Of a DNA stretch of 51,701 nucleotides, positions 50,069 through 51,701 are shown in pieces. The stretch comes from a bacterium (lineage in GTDB: Bacteria > Bdellovibrionota_C > UBA2361 > OMII01): positions 1-51,701 of the forward strand of contig JAFMJG010000002.1 in the NCBI GenBank assembly GCA_017853605.1, given 5' to 3'. The translations under genes and the position numbers were made by a program. The notes under the pieces were generated by a model. That model saw only the letters and a program-made list of their open reading frames with translations. It had not been told where the DNA came from and did no database searches. The first letter of the stretch is position 1; each line of letters begins with the position of its first letter.

Positions 50069-51701
50069 ATGAACATCGACGATCCAGTTTACCCCATCTT
50101 CCAGGCATGCCTCCCCTACTTCGGGCTGGTGTTGGCCCTCCCTTTCCTCTGCATCCTCGCCGTGTGCCGCCGGGTGGAGGCTCGAGGATTTCTGTGGTGC
50201 TCCGTTATGGGGCTCGTGCTGTACGAGGCTGTGCTCTTCGCCCTCTCAATGGTGCTCGGGCACCTCGGGCTGCTCAGCCCCTGGCACTACCGGGCGGCCT
50301 ACGCCACCGTGGCGGGCCTCATGGCCGCAGTGTCGGTCACAAGCCTCCCCGGAATCTGGCGGGCGCTGCGCAGGCTCTCGTACCGGCCCAAGTGGATCGA
50401 CCTCTTGCTGGCCGCCCTGCTCGTCAACACCGTGCGGCTTGCTCACGTCAGCATGGTGCTCGACTGGAGCTCTGGCACCTCCTCCTTTGACAGCCTCAAC
50501 TACCACATCCCTCGCGCCCTGGTCTGGTCTGCGCAGGGCTCTTTTGCGCCCTACCCCGCCGTTATCTGGCAGCAGCTCGCCCACCCCTACGCGGGAGCAG
50601 GAACGATCCTGCCAAACGTATTCCTCGGGTGCGGCTGGCTCGGCGCGTCGTTTCCCACGCTCATGCTCTCGCTAGGCGCCGCCGCCGCCCTGGTGCTTGC
50701 CGGCACCACGCTTGGGCTATCTGTGCGCTCCTCACTCGTTGGCGCCGTCGTTTTCCTCTTCTGCCCACTCGTGGGCCTGCGCTTCTCTGACACGAGCACA
50801 GACATGGCGGCCGCGTTTCCGGTGCTGGCAGCACTCGCGCTGGCGCGCACTGCCCCGAGCATCCGTGAGGCGCTCTTCGCCTTCTCCGCGCTTGTTGGGC
50901 TCGGGCTGTCGATCAAGCAGTACGTGCTCTTCCCCGCCATCCCGCTCGCCGCGCTTCTCTTTGCTCCCCGAACGCGGCAGATCATCACCGATCCCAAAGC
51001 CCTTGCTGCCGGGCTCCTGGGAGTTGCCCTCGGGTGCGCCTGCGTTGCCCTCTCATTTCTTCCGATTAAGGCCGCCTTCGGCGATTTTACCGGCGGGGGC
51101 GTTGCCGTAAACCTCTCAAACTTTGGCAAGGGGTGGGAGCCAATGGCGCAGAGCACGATGCTCGCTGTGCTTGAGTGGAGCTTTGAGCCGATACGGTTCC
51201 TCCCCGAGCATCTCCGGAAGCTCATCTACAACGACTACGGCCTGAGCCGAGTCTTTGACTTCTTTGGAATTCGGGGCTACTTCGGGCTGCTGTCGTCAGT
51301 TAACAAGGAGCAGGTTCGGGGCGGCTTCTTTTCGCTGCTCTTCCTGCCGTGGCTCATCCTCGGCGTGCCGCGCGGCTGGAGGATCAAGGCTCTCGTTGCA
51401 TTCCTTGTGGTTATGGTGGCCCAGTTTGCGCCACTCGCCATCAATCACGTGGGAGCCCGCTTCAGCATCATTCCTGTGGCGATGTTCTGCCTGCTGTGGA
51501 GCTTTCGGGCGGCTGCATCCCCTTTTGTGGCTTCCGCGCTCGCCTTGGCAGCCACCTTCCCGATGGTGACGCTGTCGATCCCTGGCGGAATCCTCGAGAA
51601 CAAGCTCCCCCACTACCAGAGCAATTACGAGATGAACCGGCAGCTCTACGCTGTTGTGGGGAGCGACAAGGTGATGCTGCTCGGCCGTGCCCTGTCGCAA
51701 G
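50069..51701 (+). CDS. 3'-truncated polytopic integral membrane protein (possible GT-C-type glycosyltransferase); absent from the ORF track
   Basis: Hand translation from ATG 50069 (frame 2) gives 544 codons without a stop to the window edge: MNIDDPVYPIFQACLPYFGLVLALPFLCILAV.... At least 10 hydrophobic helices. The track omits it because it has no in-window stop. Confidence 0.7.
   Translation, partial: MNIDDPVYPIFQACLPYFGLVLALPFLCILAVCRRVEARGFLWCSVMGLVLYEAVLFALSMVLGHLGLLSPWHYRAAYATVAGLMAAVSVTSLPGIWRALRRLSYRPKWIDLLLAALLVNTVRLAHVSMVLDWSSGTSSFDSLNYHIPRALVWSAQGSFAPYPAVIWQQLAHPYAGAGTILPNVFLGCGWLGASFPTLMLSLGAAAALVLAGTTLGLSVRSSLVGAVVFLFCPLVGLRFSDTSTDMAAAFPVLAALALARTAPSIREALFAFSALVGLGLSIKQYVLFPAIPLAALLFAPRTRQIITDPKALAAGLLGVALGCACVALSFLPIKAAFGDFTGGGVAVNLSNFGKGWEPMAQSTMLAVLEWSFEPIRFLPEHLRKLIYNDYGLSRVFDFFGIRGYFGLLSSVNKEQVRGGFFSLLFLPWLILGVPRGWRIKALVAFLVVMVAQFAPLAINHVGARFSIIPVAMFCLLWSFRAAASPFVASALALAATFPMVTLSIPGGILENKLPHYQSNYEMNRQLYAVVGSDKVMLLGRALSQ

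Noticed and set aside
50587-51700. Minus-strand ORFs 50587..51225 and 51296..51700, and plus-strand frame 1/3 ORFs 50050..51569
   Set aside because: All overlap a longer frame-2 ORF that is open to the window end and has membrane-protein composition. Their translations are Arg/Ser/Pro-rich.

Overview
GC-rich bacterial chromosomal segment that is almost fully coding. It holds mostly housekeeping and envelope genes, and I found no rRNA, CRISPR array, transposase, integrase or phage genes. Recognisable content, left to right: (1) A 5'-truncated surface protein (Thr/Pro-rich region plus thrombospondin type-3-like Ca-binding repeats) sits convergent with a GT2 / hexapeptide acetyltransferase / GT90 operon. 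(2) Next come dapE, a GNAT, an overlapping SCO1 and multicopper-oxidase pair, and an MFS transporter. (3) A roughly 0.8 kb stretch has no convincing CDS. (4) Then hemW-secA, a DUF883 / Holin-X / DUF3618 membrane trio, a TPR protein, a cupin and a thioesterase. (5) A long minus-strand string runs ccmE-ccmF-(ccmI-like)-ccmA-ccmB-ccmC-ccmD-engB-ribE. (6) That string ends in the most interesting locus: a signal-peptide, Cys-repeat precursor peptide followed by an MNIO (DUF692) enzyme and a DUF2063 partner, a bufferin/methanobactin-type RiPP cluster whose precursor class I do not recognise. (7) Further right are an rpoH-like sigma factor and an ORFan + PilC/GspF-like + type IV pilin + FN3 lipoprotein group. 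(8) Then rlmH, an flgM-like gene, a hydrolase, a sigma-54 activator, sodC, acnA and a rhomboid. (9) A tRNA cluster (all four tRNA-Ser isoacceptors plus tRNA-Arg-ACG) is interleaved with a PfkB kinase and tadA. (10) Finally mtnN - unknown - apt, and a polytopic membrane protein that runs off the right edge and is absent from the ORF track. Many long ORFs in the track are antisense shadow ORFs typical of high-GC DNA and were rejected. All functional calls rest on reading motifs in the translations by eye; no database search was possible.
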